From NCBI GenBank assembly GCA_963749495.1, contig CAVVMW010000012.1, forward strand, positions 540,518 to 604,517: a stretch of DNA of 64,000 nt, in the 5' to 3' direction. The stretch comes from an uncultured bacterium (GTDB lineage Bacteria; Verrucomicrobiota; Verrucomicrobiia; Limisphaerales; UBA8199). The notes under the pieces are model-generated. The model was given only the letters and a program-made list of their open reading frames with translations. It ran no database searches and was not told the DNA's origin. A program made the translations under genes and the position numbers. This document shows, piece after piece, positions 62,057 to 64,000 of the stretch. Every line of letters starts with the position of its first letter. Position 1 is the first letter of the stretch.

Positions 62057-62077
62057 GCGGAGGAAACCGGGCCCCCG

Positions 62078-62869
62078 TCACCATGCATTCCAATACCCGC
62101 TGCCGAACTGGGAAGCGGAATAGTTGGTCATCTGCCTGAGATTTTTCCAGTGCACGGAGCCATCGAGCAGGAGGACGTTGCCGCCGCGCGCCCCGGCCTG
62201 CGCTGAGGTGGTCAGGGTCTTGACCCAAAGAAAGGGCACCCCGCTCTGCACGGCCGCGCCGCCGGAGCAGTGCGGCGCGATGACCCACCCCTCACCCCCG
62301 GACGGCTCCGCCCACTGGTTCAGGTCGCAGGCGAGCGTCAGCGCCGCGCCGTCCGTGGATTTCTGCGGCGAAACCCACGCCGGCCCCGGCTGGCCGGGCC
62401 AGGGCGTCTTGTGCCCGCCATTGTAGCTGTAGCCGATGACCCAGCCGTAGGGATACTCGTAATACTGGAACGTGCCGGCAAGGCTCGGACACGTGCTCAT
62501 GTTGGTGCCGCTGTACCGCCTGATGGCGTTGAAGGTGTTGGTGCCGATCCAGATCGTGTGCTCGCCGCCATCGTCACGAACGCCAGTCGGCATCCGCTCC
62601 CCGTTGTCGTTCCCGTACATCATCAAGGCCAGGCCAAGCTGGCGCAGCCCGCTCTGGCAGTTGGCCCGCCGCGCCTTCTCCTTGCTCTTGGCCAGCACGG
62701 GCAGCAGGAGCGCCGCCAGAATGGCGATAATGGCGATCACCACCAGCAGCTCGATCAGCGTGAAGCCGGGCCGTCTCGGACGTGACAACAGACCCGTGAC
62801 CCTGCGCCCCAAGCCGAACCTGCCTGCACGCTTGGCAACCCCACACCTGGCTTTTGCACGTGCGATCAT
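62078..62869 (-). CDS. Prepilin-type N-methylation / H-X9-DG-like domain protein
   Basis: [23 protein letters not shown]...[18 protein letters not shown]; start uncertain. Confidence 0.88.
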   Translation of the reverse strand: MIARAKARCGVAKRAGRFGLGRRVTGLLSRPRRPGFTLIELLVVIAIIAILAALLLPVLAKSKEKARRANCQSGLRQLGLALMMYGNDNGERMPTGVRDDGGEHTIWIGTNTFNAIRRYSGTNMSTCPSLAGTFQYYEYPYGWVIGYSYNGGHKTPWPGQPGPAWVSPQKSTDGAALTLACDLNQWAEPSGGEGWVIAPHCSGGAAVQSGVPFLWVKTLTTSAQAGARGGNVLLLDGSVHWKNLRQMTNYSASQFGSGYWNAW

Positions 62870-63090
62870 GGCCGGAGAATGGGCCACCGTTCCCGCTTTG
62901 TCGAGCCCCGTAATCGGTCCCAAATCCTCGGCTGAGCAATTCTTATGAAACGGAATACGCGGTTTCTATCTTTGCCCGATTGGCACGAGATTTGAGGTGC
63001 CTTAAAGGGGTCAAGTAAAGGCGTCATAAAGTCAGTCAATGAGAATATACCCCCAGGTTGCATAAAAACATAGCCGTCCAATCGGCCTAA

Positions 63091-63763
63091 ATCAGAAATC
63101 GGGGTCACATCTATACTTTTTGGAAACAGAAATCGGGGTCACATCTATACTTTTTGGAAACAGAAATCGGGGTCACATCTAGGAAACAGAAATCGGGGTC
63201 AGGAACAGAAATCGGGGTCAAGGAACAGAAATCGGGGTCACATCTAAACAGAAATCGGGGTCACATCTAGGAAACAGAAATCGGGGTCACATCCAACAGA
63301 AATCGGGGTCACCAACAGAAATCGGGGTCACATCTATACTTTTTTACAATCACAGAAACAGAACAGAAATCGGGGTCACATCTATACTTTTTTACAATCA
63401 CAGAAACAGAACAGAAATCGGGGTCACAGAACAGAAATCGGGGTCACATCTATACTTTTTTACAATCAGGTCACGAGGAAACAGGGAAACGGAGGAAACA
63501 GAAATCGGGGTCACATCAGGAAACAGAAATCGGGGTCACATCGGAAACAGAAATCGGGGTCACATCTATACGGGAGAAATCGGGGTCACATCTAGGAGAA
63601 ATCGGAAATCGGGGTCACATCTATACTTTTTTACAATCAGGTCACAATCAGAAATCGTCAGAAATCGGCGTCAGAAATCGGGGTCACATCTATACTTTTT
63701 TACAAGAAACAGAAATCGGGGCAAGAAACAGAAATCGGGGTCACATCTATACTTTTTTACAAT
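63091..63763. repeat. Irregular tandem array of variably truncated copies of AACAGAAATCGGGGTCACATCTATACTTTTTTACAATC
   Basis: About 20 full GAAATCGGGGTCA cores plus about 4 partial ones, all in the same orientation, with no unique spacers. Confidence 0.93.
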
Positions 63764-64000
63764 GTGAACGCGGGTCGCCAAATGCTCCGCATCAGTCCCG
63801 GATTTTCGCAGCTTCCCGCTTTCTCACTCCAGGTGGCCATCATGGGGGCTGCCCCCCTAACGTTTGACTTTCACGGCGCGTTGCGATTTCTTCAACCGGG
63901 TCACGAACATGGTGGACGCCTCAGGGACCACGGTGTGTACTCGTGACGGCCTGGGGCAGGTCCCGCGGCTTCGGCGTTTCGAAGGGCGTTAGAACAAAGT

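Noticed and set aside
63091..63763. CRISPR array
   Set aside because: No unique spacers, irregular period, truncated repeats and no cas genes in the window.
1..64000. tRNA, rRNA or riboswitch genes
   Set aside because: None recognised by eye; a covariance-model scan (tRNAscan-SE, Rfam) would be needed to exclude them.

Overview
GC-rich bacterial DNA, most likely Verrucomicrobiota (Pedosphaera/Limisphaera-like). This is inferred from the gene repertoire: Tat-exported Gfo/Idh/MocA oxidoreductases, H-X9-DG prepilin-like proteins, an ECF sigma factor with a membrane-anchored C-terminal extension, and '...STNL..W...RFYR' C-terminal tails. 1-37 kb holds sugar-catabolic genes, a carboxypeptidase-regulatory-repeat protein, CheB/CheR plus a PAS kinase, a B12 radical SAM enzyme, DUF748, a spermidine-synthase-like membrane protein, a RAPP-uORF/TonB-dependent receptor/TonB/ExbBDD operon, and an RcnR-type repressor with a P1B-ATPase. 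37.6-52.6 kb is a ~14.7-kb island bounded by a 224-nt direct repeat of the promoter and 5' end of an ECF sigma gene, and it carries a broken tyrosine recombinase. Its cargo is the main finding: a minus-strand cluster with a Tat-signal protein built from ~35 [D/N]-x-C repeats (38 Cys), a radical SAM/SPASM enzyme, a SPASM-like protein lacking the radical SAM motif, two GT4 glycosyltransferases, a methyltransferase, a prepilin-like protein, a secreted beta-propeller and a BlaI repressor. This is a candidate undescribed system for making a heavily crosslinked and/or glycosylated exported Cys-rich protein. Many island genes carry frameshifts or in-frame stops (decay or assembly error, not resolvable from this sequence alone). 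52-62 kb holds the intact ECF sigma, a TonB receptor/YfiR/histidine kinase/response regulator operon, a VapBC-type toxin-antitoxin pair and a second prepilin-like gene. The window ends with an odd spacer-less array of ~20 variably truncated copies of one ~40-nt unit. Gene calls are from motif recognition only; no searches were run.
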